Source: Squalus acanthias (lineage: Eukaryota). Taken from it: 64,000 bases of DNA. A program made the position numbers and the translations under genes. This document shows positions 50,560 through 62,858 of the stretch, one piece after another; position 1 is the first letter of the stretch; each line of letters begins with the position of its first letter. The notes under the pieces were generated by a model. That model did not search any database. It worked only from the letters and a program-made list of their open reading frames with translations, and was not told where the DNA came from. The stretch lies in assembly GCA_030390025.1 (NCBI GenBank), contig CM059425.1:170192001-170256000 (forward strand). Reading direction: 5' to 3'.

Positions 50560-50790
50560 TTGACATTTAATCATCTCCTGTTCTCCAGCTAATCACTTTT
50601 CAGCTTATTCTTTTTGTTTTCTTATGTATGCGTTTCCCCCATTCCCTCACTTAGTTACTTTTTATAAGCTGTTCATCCAGTTGTGATGAGGGGCTATTCC
50701 TGAAACATTAACATTCCTCCTTTATTTACAGATGCTGCCTGACTTGCTGCATGTTTCCAGCATTTTCTATTTTTGTTCCAAAGTATTTGT
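50560..50790 (+). mobile_element. Degenerate PLE family-2 terminal repeat with a decayed hammerhead
   Basis: cagtt-gTGATGA-...-cct-GAAAcatt-aac followed by gatgctgcctgacttgctg...tccagcattttct. Confidence 0.65.
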
Positions 50791-50802
50791 GATGGAAGCT
50801 AT

Positions 50803-51695
50803 GGGTGTGATTTTGCCAATGGGGGCGCGTTGGAGGCGGTACTGCTGCTTGGCGGGTCGATGTCCCGCCTCCATCAATTTGTGGCCAACCCATGCTATTT
50901 TCCCTTGATTGACCTTGTTAAGCCCGCCCAGTGGGCTTAGCAGGCCAATTAAGGGAAAGCCGGTTACAGAGAACGTCAGCATATGATGTTTCATCTGTCA
51001 AAAATTTTTGACAGATGAATTGTCATCATTTGACAGCTCTGTGAAGCTGTTAAACACTGACATTCTCTCCACGGATGTTGTCTGGCCTGCTGAGTTTTTC
51101 CAGCGTTTTTCTGTTGTTATTTCTCTGTAGTTTGATGAGTTCTTGAATTCAAGACCTCATCAAACCTCTTTCTTTTGCAGAAATTAGATGGTTGTTGCAT
51201 TGGAGAATGCAACGGCCTTCTGTCATCTCTGCCGCGGAGGTGCAAGACTCTCCACATACCCAACAATTGAAGTCTGCAGAAAGAAACAAAGGTAAGTACA
51301 CTTTTTCTAACACTTTCCACTTACCTCACATACTCACCTCTCCACACTTGCACCCATCACTCACCTCCACAGCACACTTTTGGACCCCTCCGACCCCCGC
51401 AGACCCACTACTCGCCTCACTGACCTGGCGGGGTTCGGAGCCTTCGGGAAGCCCGCACTTTTGTGGGTAAAATGGGGATAATCCTCTTATCTGCCTGTTA
51501 ACTACCTGTTAACAGGCAGTTAAGTGGCTGTAATCCCCTTCCCGCCTCCAAGGAGACGGGACCCGGCGCGGGACGGCTACCCACCTCCTGGCAAGATAGC
51601 ACGGAAGCAGGTTGGGTATCCACCCCCAAATTCTGCCATTTTCCTGGCAGTCCCGCCTCCATACCCGCCTCCCCAGGGCTGGCAAGATCGCACCC
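50803..51695. mobile_element. Harbinger-type MITE family B copy 2, containing a ~60-bp PLE family-2 fragment (51064-51125)
   Basis: TIRs gggtgtgattttgcc / ggcaagatcgcaccc (13/15); colinear with 16808-17651. Confidence 0.85.
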
Positions 51696-52149
51696 TTCAT
51701 CTAAGTTTATGGTTTCAGCTAAGGGGGCTCAATGCAGTGGGCCCTGGAATAGCCATGGTTTTCATAGTGGTTTGTAGCTCAGTCAGGAAGCCATGCAGAA
51801 TGGTGTGAATCAGATGCTTACTCCTCCCCAGATGCCCTTAAACTGTAGAGGCTGATTGGCACAATTTCAAATGACTTCAATAAATGCTGATCTTGAGCTA
51901 CCAAACTACAGAGTGCATATATCTGTGCTGGTACTTACCACTGTAGGAGTGGATGATACAGGATGGTGTGAGGTGCTTGGTTGAGTTTGGTCATTGGGCT
52001 TTGACACTGCCTTCTCTTGGGCACCTAGAAGAATAGAAGAACATATTTTAGAACAGAACATTATTAATAAAACACCTCTTGAAACAGATATTGTAATGTG
52101 TTATGCTGCCATGCTGCAATATATATTCATGTAAGAGAATAAATAAATA

Positions 52150-52450
52150 GCATTACAGCACAGAAACAGGCCATTCGGCCCAACTGGTTGAAGCCAGTGT
52201 TATGCTTCACACAAGACTCCTCCCATCCTACTTCATCTGACCCTATCAGCATATCCTTCTATTGGTTTCTACCTCATGTACTTATCTAGTTTCCCCTTAA
52301 ATGCATCTATTTGTTTTGCCTCAACTACTCCATGTGGTAGCAAGCTGCACGTTCTAACCACTTTCTGGGTAAAGAAGTTTCTCTTGAATTCCTTATGGGA
52401 TTTATTAGTGACTATATTGATGACCCCTAGTTTTGGATTCCCTGACATGT
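52150..52450 (-). mobile_element. CR1 3'-end relic
   Basis: acagcacagaaacaggccattcggccc 3' UTR motif plus an NFFTQKVV-like stretch. Confidence 0.7.
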
Positions 52451-53659
52451 GGAAAATTCGGCCTGGATATTAACAGGGGCAGGTTACGTAGGCAGGGGGT
52501 GGAGTTTCAGACAGAAAACTCAAGTCTGTGGAGTTTTAACAACACAACGTGCATCTTTTGTGCTTGACAGGTTCCCCATCCGGAAGTCAGCCAGGGAGGA
52601 CTCTAGAACAGGCCGCAGGAGCAGGTAGGTCCGATCCATGACCCCGGGGGTAGGGGAGGGTGGGTACAATCTCATGGGGCGTCCAATCCCCGATCCCGGG
52701 GGGTCCGATACCCAACCCGTGGGGGGTCCGATTCTGGTGGGGGTCCGATCTCCGACCCCAGGGTCTTTATATGGGGGCGGGGTTTGATGAGAGGGAGCTT
52801 GGGGGGGCCGGGGGGGGGAAGCACTCCTGCACCTCCTGGCCTACAAGCAGTGTAGCTACTTACCTCCTCCCCAAAGCTGTCCTCGCCTCCCTTCAGCTAC
52901 CGGGTTTCCCAAGGCCTGGGAAACCCGGCCAGCCACTGTTAAACCTGAAAAGCAGGTTAAAGCAGAGGCTGCCAGCCTCATTAAAATATTTAAATTGCTA
53001 ACCTGCCTCTTGGGAGCGGGCTGGCTGCCTGCCCCTTAACCTTGCAGGAGAAGGCCTCATATAACCAAAGCCTGTGATACTTGACCTCTTATGAGGCGAG
53101 GGCTCTGGAGATTTTGGGCATAGAGAAAATAGATGGTGTGGTTGAGGGTAAGATTGAAGTCCCTCCACATCTCATGGCTAACATCACCCTTTAGTTTTAA
53201 CTCGTTAAATTCGACAGGGCCTGCAGGAAACCCATTCTCCCTGGTTTCCCGACAGCTTTCTAGCCTCCTCCACCAACCTCGCCCCACCACCCCCCCACCC
53301 CGCCCCTGCTCCCAAACCACCTCCATATTAAAATTCTGGCCAAAGTGTGGATAGCTGGATAGATAGATATGCAATTGCTAAAAAAAATAGATTTCTCAAA
53401 ATAGAAATGATATTGTTAATTGTATTTTGATGTGTATTGATGAAAAATGAGCTTATCATCTTCTGGCAGCCCAATATAGATTAATACTCAAGCTTGCACT
53501 GATTGCACATATATATTTTGTCTTTTTAAAAAGTGGAAATTGTTGACAACAGCTGAAGAAAGTGTTTGCCATCTTGACATTGTGGAGATTAATGCTAAAC
53601 AAATGTCTAGTGATCCAGGAGTGCATTACATCCCATGCCATAGATTTCAAGCCGATTGT

Positions 53660-54409
53660 CACACCTGTCTTAAGGCGCAAAGGCCGAGGAGTGAGGCGCT
53701 ACCTCAGAGCGCTGGCAAAGCTCATGTGATGTCAGTCAGCAATGGAACACAGACACAATGGCGCCGGCCAGTTCTTAAAGGGGAGGGTTGATCTTGCTTT
53801 CCATCCACATCCTGCTCATTGCAGCCTTGAATCTCAGCCTGGAGAGACCTGTACATCAAATCTGCTGGAAAGAACAATGGAGAGGCCATGGGAAAGAGCT
53901 CAGAGTGCAGCCCCCACAGTCTCTTCTAAATCGATACAAGGAAGGGAAAATCAAAATGAACCTGCAAAGTGTAGCTCAGTACCCAAAACTCCTTCACACA
54001 GCGTTGAATCTCTCCAGAAGTCTCTCTCTCTCTCTCTCAGAATGCGTGGTGCAAAAATGTCACCAACAAAAAAAGGCAGGAAGCGGTTGCCTTTAAATAG
54101 CGCTCCCCCAATCCCTTCCTGACTGCAAAACGCTCCCCTCAACCTGTCGTTGCTAGCATCAGGCGGTAAGGCAGGGGGCGCCACTCAATATCCGGTCCAG
54201 GGCGCTACTGGGGCGTTGCACATTCGACTGACGTCACGATCTGCCGGCACAGGAGATCGTGGCAGTATTGTTTAGCGCCGCCGCAAAATGTCTGGTCAAT
54301 TTCGTGAGCGGCACAAACATCGCTGCCCACGGGCACTAGTTGCTTTGCGCCCCATTAGCGCCCTCTTAAGGCGCTAACGGGAGGCGCAAACCAACTGAAT
54401 TTTTCCCCC
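53660..54409. mobile_element. Right part of the Harbinger-type element seen at 10838-11588
   Basis: Direct similarity over ~750 bp, ending aactgaatttttccccc. Confidence 0.85.
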
Positions 54410-54420
54410 TTAGACTCTAA

Positions 54421-54953
54421 AGCCTCGATTTTAACTTGGGGCCATGAGTCTTGCAGGCGGGGGTTAAGGCGGACGGCAAATTGTTAGAACCTCCACAGCG
54501 TGAGGCCCGGGAGATTTCAACTCCTGGGCCTCATCTGCATAGACCCTGTCAGTCTGCCACCCGAACTGGGCGGAAATTCATACCTGGCTGGCCAGTGGGA
54601 TTGGGATGCCAGTCGGCAGGAGGTTGTTACTGGGGACCCAAAGGAACGGTCCCCGGTACTCAGGTAACAGGTTGGGAGGGGGGTCAGGAGAGCGCTCCTG
54701 CACCTCCTAGCCACAAGGAAACTAAAAAACATAAAAGCCACTTACCTTTCTGGAACTCTTCTGGCCCCGGCTCCTTTTGCTGCTAGGATGACCTACTGGG
54801 TAAACTGCAATAGCTTCCTTGTGCAGGCCTCTGGTTAAAATTGCAGTCGGACCCCGACATAAGATCATGACCTGCGGAAAGCGGTGGGATCGATATGGAT
54901 AAGTCATATAGGCCACTGGGTTTCCACTGTGCAGGCAGTGTTAAAATCAGCCC
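54421..54953. mobile_element. Probable Harbinger-type MITE
   Basis: Termini ..gattttaac / gttaaaatcagccc; internal similarity to 52460-53040. Confidence 0.55.
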
Positions 54954-55340
54954 TTAAATTATTTGTGTGTGCTTTTTTAGTAGGAAATGAAGGTATGTGG
55001 ATAACTTCCAACTGATGATATGATGCAAAGATTGGTTATGAAAAGACATTGATGTATTCCCTCCACCCTGAACTGTTGAAAATACAAGGGGCATTTTCAA
55101 TGCCAAATTGAATATAGATGGTACTGCACAATGGGGCACCATCATGCAGTGCATGGGAGTGGAGAGATTTAGGTTTGAGCACCCGCCCACCCACTCTACT
55201 AAGTTTCCATTATTGAAAGAGTGCCTCCACTTGGCTACTGGTGGCCAACCAAGAAAGGCATTGATAGTGCACTTTTAGAAATCCAACACAGGTGTGATGG
55301 GCCAAATGGCCTCCTTCTGTTCTGTAAGATTCGATTGCAG

Positions 55341-55469
55341 GGAATTTCCTTGAGGGCTCTCCTGATTGGCCGTGGTAACTTTGGCAGAAAATCGGTGGAA
55401 ACCACATTTAGGTGTCTACCCGAGGTTTCCATCAATCTTCAGCCAATCAGAATTCCCCAAGGAAATTCC
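55341..55469. mobile_element. 129-bp palindromic MITE
   Basis: ggaatttccttg / caaggaaattcc termini, inner ctgattggc / gccaatcag, and flanking cag duplication. Confidence 0.7.
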
Positions 55470-55719
55470 CAGCGTATGATTCCATCGACCAAAGCCAGGT
55501 TACATGCTGCATCTTGACAGTTGCAGAGTTATGTAGCCTGGGAAAGAACCCGGGGGAAGGAAAAAGCATTGGAAAAATAGATGCACGGCCTCAGTAATGT
55601 ACTTCCAAAAAGAAAGAGGCAAGGCTATACAGGATTTGACTCGTCATTTCGTTTTTGGTTAAATGAAAGACAACTATCTTGTACAATTAAAAAAAAACTT
55701 TATTAATAGATCTCACATT

Positions 55720-56050
55720 GCTTTAGTGGGTAAATGTACTACTTGGTGTGGTCCTAAACAATACAGACTGGGAACACCCAAGGTTCATTTCACAGTCTGT
55801 GCTGAATTAATTGATTTGAGCCTGAGTGGCAGTTCAGACACCACATTGGACAAGTAGGTGGAACATTCGTGCCCCTAATTGCTATTCAATGACTCCTGCT
55901 GGAAAGTGTTTGTATGTGGATGTTGGGTGAAGAGAGGGTCAGGCTTGGATGCTGTGCTCCCAAGGTTGCCAATGCTCACTGTCTAAACTCATACAAGAAA
56001 GAATGGCCATTTACGTGAGGCATTAGATGGTTGCCAGCACTATTGAAATT
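55720..56050 (+). mobile_element. LF-SINE-like relic
   Basis: Colinear blocks matching the LF-SINE consensus as I recall it: agtgggtaaatg, atacagac, gtctgtgctga, cctgctggaaagtg, ctcactgtcta, aagaatggcca. Confidence 0.75.
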
Positions 56051-56070
56051 ATACCTCGTTGTGAGTCAGT

Positions 56071-56163
56071 GGCCTAGAAACTCGTCTAAGGCGGTGGAGC
56101 AAAATGGGCGGCCGATCCAATACCACCCGTTTTGTGCCACCGCCGAAGACAAACTTCTAGTCC
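56071..56163. mobile_element. 93-bp hairpin MITE (Harbinger-type ends)
   Basis: 38-bp imperfect arms (29/38) beginning ggcctagaaa, with TSD agt. Confidence 0.75.
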
Positions 56164-56679
56164 AGTGTCTTCAGGAGAAGGGAGGAGGTGGAAATGGAAA
56201 AATGGAGGGAAAATAAACTTGCTAATAGTCACTACTTCTGTGTGTACTATATAAAAAACAAATGCACTTTTTTTAGGCTTATGCAACTGGATACTATTTA
56301 TTACAGAAAGAGTAAACAGTTATGATTCACTTTCCTTGGAACAATATGAAATAAAAATACCTCCCTGCTGTTTTTTATTCTTTCAGTATTTTGCTCTGTT
56401 TTTGTACCTACTTCTTCTACACAACGTTTTGATTCTTCAGGTTCCTATTCAATCAATACCACTAACTTCTTCCTCTGAAGAATCTGACAGAAAATCATTC
56501 TTCTTCTGCATAAGTCAACCACACTACCAAATTCCCAAATCATGTCTGTTGCATAAGTTAAAGGTCAAATTTCAGGTGTGTTTGGAAAATTCTCTCAATT
56601 AGATTTTGACATGTTTTTTACTTTGTTTTATTTACAAATCGCAAAACAATTCTTACGTCAGTAACTTATGTCAGTTTAG

Positions 56680-57040
56680 CTCCATCCCTTACCTCAGCTC
56701 CTTCACTGCTGAAACCCTTATAGGTACCTTTGTCACCTCCCGATTCATCCTCATTGACCTGCATTGTGTCCCTGTCCCCAATGAATACATTTCAAAACCT
56801 CATCCTTGCTTTTAAAGATCTTCGTGTTCTCACCCCACCCTATCTCTGCAATCTTCTCCAGCATTAAACTCCTCTCCCTCAAACACTCTGTTCTTCTGAT
56901 GCCAGCCTTTTGTGCATCTCCCCTCAGAACCTTCTCTTTGACCAGGGTTTTGGTCACCCATGATAATCTATTCCTTCCTGGCTTGGGATCCATTTTCTTT
57001 GTGTTCAAGGTATTTTATAAATGTAAACTATTGACGTTGC
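56680..57040 (+). mobile_element. Degenerate L2 3' end
   Basis: Colinear with 47240-47870 (ctgctgaaaccct, cctttgtcacctc, ctctttgacca). Confidence 0.65.
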
Positions 57041-57044
57041 TGTA

Positions 57045-57315
57045 GCACTCTCACCTTTCAGTCACACTTCAGGAATTGAGCATGTAGCCGGGGCTGACAC
57101 AGTACTGAGGGAGTGTTGTATTGCTGGAGGTATCAGCCTTTAGACAATTAATTAAAATGAGGCCTTGTCTGCCTGTTCAGGTGAATATCAAAGATTTCAT
57201 AGCACTTTTCAAAGAAGAACAGGCAGTTCTGGTTAACTGTCCTCCTTCAACAGCACCACCAAAAGCACATTACCTTTCATTCATCTCATTGCTGTTTGTA
57301 TTCTTGCTGTGCATA
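57045..57315 (+). mobile_element. DeuSINE (SacSINE1/AmnSINE1-like) relic
   Basis: gctgacac, cagtactgagggagtg, gtctgcc, tcaggtg, aagaaga and cattgctgtttg blocks of the Deu domain. Confidence 0.75.
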
Positions 57316-59142
57316 ACATCACATCTTAGCAACTCAATACATAGAAATGCAAGTTTTTCTTTCAACTCAGGTAAAGGTAAAACCTGAAAATCAAAAGGTT
57401 GACAGTGAATAATTTGTGCTATCCACGTCTTTAAAGGCCAAAAGACAACTAAATCATTTGATCCTTTGAAGACTTTGTGGGAATCCAGTATTACTGAACA
57501 ATCACTGAAGCAAAGAGGTTCAATTCACTAACTATTGTCTTCTTCATTCTGTTCAAGGATATTTTAATTCAGTCCAAAATTACTTTCCAAATTTGTATCA
57601 GTAAGGGAAAGGCAGCTTATGTAAACTTGCAGGGCTATGGGGTAAGAGCAGAGGAGTGGGACTAATTGGATAGCTCCTTCAAAGAGCCACCACAGGCACG
57701 ATAGGCCGAATGCCCTCCTACTGTGCTGTATCATTCTATGATCCTAAACTACTGTATTATCTCGGCACTGACTTCTCATAAAGCTTCCAATATAGACTAG
57801 TTAGTTTAATTAATAAAAATGGCTAAAGAAAGCCTGTGAAATGTGGATAACAAAGCTTATGTGAAAGTATGATAAATGGACAGGAAGGACTGTTAACACA
57901 TACAAAGGGTCACAGATTTGTGTTTATTCAGAAAAAGTAGAGAACTAGTGCTCGTTCAGTGGGGATGATGTGAGCAGATCCACATGGATAGCAGATGACT
58001 AGAAGAATAAGCAGCGTGAACAAGGAGATACCAACAAAGCTTTTGTTTTATCCCAGATGATGACAGAATTAAGGCTTTCTAAAACAGCAGCTGCGATTCA
58101 ATTACAAGCATGACTCAACAGTCCAACCACATCTGTCATTACAGACAGAACAAACAAGTCTCACTTACATAGAAAGGCACAAAGTGGCATGTGAAAAAAA
58201 TAGCCATTTATCTCCGCTTTAAAGTACATGTGGGGCACAATTAGTAATTTTGTTGTTTATCTATGTTACATACAGATAATCTTTGAAAAGGACCTGCTTA
58301 TTGTTAAATATGTTGCCTGACATAATTATTGACAGAATACAGCATAACCACGATTTTGTTAGTCTATTTATATCAAACTTAGAAATGTTTAATTATTGTA
58401 TTAACTAGTTCTGAGTGATTAGAAATAGTCAATGTAATCTCTTCTGTTAAGGGATAATTAACGTTTACATCTGTGCAATAATCTTTCTGTGTATATATAT
58501 GTATATATTTATTGGTTCTTAAATGTTACTTTTACAGAGTGTATTTTGATTGCATTACATGCTATAGCACAATCAAATGCTTCTGATAAGGCAAAAGCTG
58601 TGAGAATGCAGTCAGAACAGTTTATGCAATCATTGGAATAATAGCAATATTTTATTTCGGGACATTGGGATGATTGTGGTCTCCCAGCAGGAAACAGGTG
58701 GGGGGTGGGCAGGTGTGAGCAGCAGCCGCCCAAAAGAGTCGGCAGGAAACCCATCCCAGTTTCCAGGTGAGCGGCCAGCATGAAAGGCGTTCCCCATAAA
58801 TTAGGAGGCGGGACATTAGGTGCTGCTAGAGTTTCTTAAGAGCCTACAGCAGCTTAAAGGAGAGGTGATTTTTGTGGTCAATAGAGAGAAGCAACACAGC
58901 TGGGGCAAGAGGAATTCCAGCAACAGAGGTTTTCGGATGCGGCCGTGGAGATGCTGGTAGAGCAAGTGAACAATGGATGGTAGACAAGTATCAGGGAAAA
59001 TTGGTGATGAGAGGTAGCACAACACATGAATGCCATCAGCACTTTTACCAGGATCTGGAAGCAGTGGTGAAATAAATTAAATGATCTCACCAGGTGTACC
59101 AAGGTAATACTCCCCTTCACAACTCGCATTTTTTTTATTCGT

Positions 59143-59768
59143 TACACACTGCAGCCACGGTGCGCCGGTGGTGGAGGGAGTGAATGTTTAAGGTGGTGGA
59201 TGGGGTGCCAATCAAGTGGGCTGCTTTGTCCTGGATGGTGTCGAGCTTCTTGAGTGTTGTTAGAGCTGCGCTCATTCAGGCAAGTGGAGAGTATTCCATC
59301 ACACTCCTTACTTGTGCCTTGTAGATGGTGGAGAGGCTTTGGGGAGTCAGGAGGTGAGACACTCGCCACAGAATACCCAGCCTCTGACCTGCTCTTGTTG
59401 CAACAGTATTTATGTGGCTGGTCCAGTTAAGTTTCTGGTCAATGGTGACCCCCCAGGATGTTGATGGTGGGGGATTCGGCGATGGTAATGCCGTTGAATG
59501 TCAAGTGGAGGTGGTTAGACTCTCACTTGTTGGAGATAGTTATTGCCTGTCACTTCTGTGGCGCGAATGTTACCTGTCACTTATCAGCCCAAGCCTGAAC
59601 GTCGTCCAGGTCTTGTTGCACGCGGGTATGGACTGCTTCATTATCTGAGGAGTTGTGAATGGCGCTGAACACTGTGCAGTCATCAGCGAACATCCCCATT
59701 TCTGACCTTATGTTGGAGGGAAGGTCATTGATGAAGCAGCTGAAGATGGTTGGGCCTAGGACACTGCA
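59143..59768 (-). mobile_element. CR1-clade LINE fragment (Zenon-like lineage)
   Basis: The reverse complement encodes YKAQVRSVMEYSPLA..AALTTLKKLDTIQDKAA; homologous to 28560-29160. Confidence 0.8.
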
Positions 59769-60031
59769 TACATTTTGAATAGCCCTGTAGGATGCTATCT
59801 TTGCTTCAGCACTATCCAGCCTTCTCTTCCCTGCTTGTCATAGCTGACGATAAGTCAGCAGGGAAGACATCATTGCACTTCCTTTCTGCTTGCTCTCAGA
59901 CCATCAAAATCTGTTACTGCCCTCATTACTACTTCTCCCTTTTGGTCTCACCTGCTGCTTCTTCCTGTCATCATGACACAATGGTAATTTGGCTAATACA
60001 TGTTGAAAACCCTTGCCCAGGGCACATATTA

Positions 60032-62544
60032 TCCCAGGGCAGATATTCATCGTTCCTTGAACTACTGCTCTCGCCGCATCTTGAGATCCACGCTCAACGC
60101 CATGCGGCGCCACATGAACACTCTCGACCTCTCTCTTCAGCAGCACCGACGCACTCTATCTCAAAGCTGTCCGGGTCCACAGTTCCATTTCATCCTTCGA
60201 CTCATCCGACGCTTCAACAAAAAACTTTTTTTCTTCCTTTCTGATGTCAAGGATCGCAAGCTTCATCAACCCTTGAACACCAACGTCCCTCCGGAACCTT
60301 CTTCCCCTTCACTTTCCTCTGACCCCCCTTCTCCCAATCTCAACCCCTGCCGCGTTTTCACTATCCCTTCTGACCTTTCCCTTTCTGACCCCGAACGATC
60401 AGTCCTCAGCAAAGGCCTGAGCTTCATCCCCTTACGCCCCCACCTCAATGAATTTCGAGCTCGGCACGATGCTGAGCTCTTTTTCCGCCACCTTCGCCTC
60501 CGTGCCCACTTCTCTGGCCAGGAGTCTTCCCCCGTACGGCTGACCCTTTCTCCCGCTTTCAGAATTCCCGTTCTACCTGGGCCCCTCCCTCTGGCCTCTT
60601 ACCCTCTCTAGATCTTTTCATTGCCAACTGCCGGCGTGACATCGGCCGTCTCAATTTCTCTGCTCCCCTCTCTCACTCCAACCTACCTCCCTCTAAACTT
60701 GCAGCACTCTATTCCCTCAGATCCAACCCCGACATTGTCATTAAACCTGCTGACAAGGGTGGTGCTGTTGTTGTTTGGCGTACCGACCTCTACCTAGCGG
60801 AAGCTGAACGCCAACTCTCCGACACCTCCTCCTACCTCCACCTGGACCATGACCCCACTACCGAACATCAAACCACCATTTCCAAGACCGTCACTGACCT
60901 CATCTCCTCCGGAGATCATCCCCCCACGGCCGCCAACCTCATAGTTCCCCAACCCCGCACAGCCCGCTTCTACCTCCTTCCCAAGATCCACAAACAGGAC
61001 TGCCCCGGTAGACCCATCATTTCAGCCTGTTCTTGCCCCACGGAACTTATCTCTTCCTATCTCGACTCTATTTCTTCTCCCCTTGTCCAGTCTCTTCCCA
61101 CCTACATCTGCGACTCTTCCGACGCCCACCACCATTTTAACAGTTTCCAGTTTCCCGGCCCCAACCGCCTCCTTTTCACTATGGACGTACAATCCCTCTA
61201 CACCTCCATTCCCCACCAGGATGGCCTGAGGGCGCTCCGCTTCTTCCTTGAACAGAGGCCCAACCAGTCCCCATCCACCACCACCCTCCTCCGCCTGGCT
61301 GAACTTGTTCTCACATTGAACAACTTCTCCTTTGACTCCACCCATTTCCTCCAAATTAAAGGTGTTGCTATGGGTACCCGCATGGGTCCTAGCTATGCCT
61401 GCCTTTTCGTGGTATATGTGGAACACTCTTTGTTCCAGTCCTACTCGGGTCCCCTCCCTCACCTCTTTTTCCGGTACATTGATGACTGTATCGGTGCCGT
61501 CTCCTGCTCTCGCCCTGAACTAGAACATTTCATTCACTATGCTTCCAATGTCCACCCTTCCCTCACCTTCACATGGTCCATCTCCGACTCTTCCCTTCCC
61601 TTCCTCGACTTCTCCGTCTCCATCTCTGGGGATAGGTTATTGACTAACATTCACTACAAGCCCACTGACTCCCACAACTACCTGGACTACACTTCCTCCC
61701 ACCCCGCCTCCTGTAAGGACTCTATTCCATTCTCCCAGTTTATCCATCTCCGCCGCATCTGCTCTGATGATGCCACCTTCCATACCAGTGCTTCCGACAT
61801 GTCTTCATTTTTCCTCAACCGAGGATTCGCCTCTACCGTGGTCGACACGGCCCTTGACCGTGTCCGTTCTATCTCCCGCACTTCTGCCCTCGCCCCTGCC
61901 CCTCCCTCCCAGAACCACGATAGAGTTCCCCTTGTCCTCACCTTTCACCCCACCAGCCTCCACATTCAACGGATCATCCTCCGCCATTTCCGCCACCTCC
62001 AGCATGATCCCACCACCAAACGCATCTTCCCCTCACCTCCCCTTTCAGCATTCCGCAGGGACCGCTCCCTCCGCGACACCCTAGTCCACTCCTCTACCAT
62101 CCCCAGCACCCCTTCCCCTTCGCCCGGCACCTGCCCGTGCAAGCGCAGGAGATGCAACACATGCCCTTATACCTCCCCTCTTCCCACTGTCCAGGGCCCC
62201 AAACACCCCTTCCAGGTGAAACAGTGATTTACTTGTACTTCCTGCAATTTCGTATACTGTATTTGTTGCTCACGATGTGGTCTCCTCTACATTGGGGAGA
62301 CCAAACGCAGATTGGGTGACCGCTTTGCGGAACACCTCCGTTCAGTCCGTAAGGGGGACCCCGAGCTCCCGGTCGCCTGTCACTTTAATTTTCCGCTCCA
62401 CTCCCACTCTGACCTCACTTTATCGGCCTATTACACTGTTCCACGGAAGCGCAGCGTAAGCTCGAGGAACAGCACCTCATCTTTCGTTTAGGCACGCTAC
62501 AGCCCTCTGGACTCAATATCGAGTTCAACAATTTTAGATCATAA
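60032..62544 (+). pseudogene. PLE polyprotein: RT, Cys-rich linker, GIY-YIG endonuclease; about 3 lesions
   Basis: IKPADKGG, LPKIHK, GRPI, DVQSLYT, GVAMGT, RYIDD, PFLD and CPCKRRRCNTC. Past the TGA at 62225: VYCICCSRCGLLYIGETKRRLGDRFAEH...PSGLN. Confidence 0.92.
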
Positions 62545-62821
62545 CCTCAGCCCCTATCACATTTATATTTTATTTTTTCATCCACCCTTTTGTTTGCCCC
62601 CCCTTTTTTTTTCCCTCCTAGAAACTGGCAGCTGTCCTTCATTCTGCCAGTGCATTTCACACTTCTTTTAGCCTCAACCTGTCACATTAACACCACCTCT
62701 TGCCTTGATCATCTCTTAATGTCTCTCAATGTCTCTTAATCTCTCCTTTTGTTCTTTCATCCCCTCCCCCTTTTCCCAGCTTTATCCTTGATTTAAATCT
62801 ATTTCATTTCCTGCTATTTCC

Positions 62822-62858
62822 AGTTCTGACGAAAGGTCTTCGACCTGAAACGTTAACT
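62822..62858 (+). ncRNA. Minimal type I hammerhead ribozyme motif (family 2)
   Basis: agtt-CTGACGA-a-aggtc(ttc)gacct-GAAA-cg-T-T-aact, with predicted cleavage after 62854. Confidence 0.72.
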
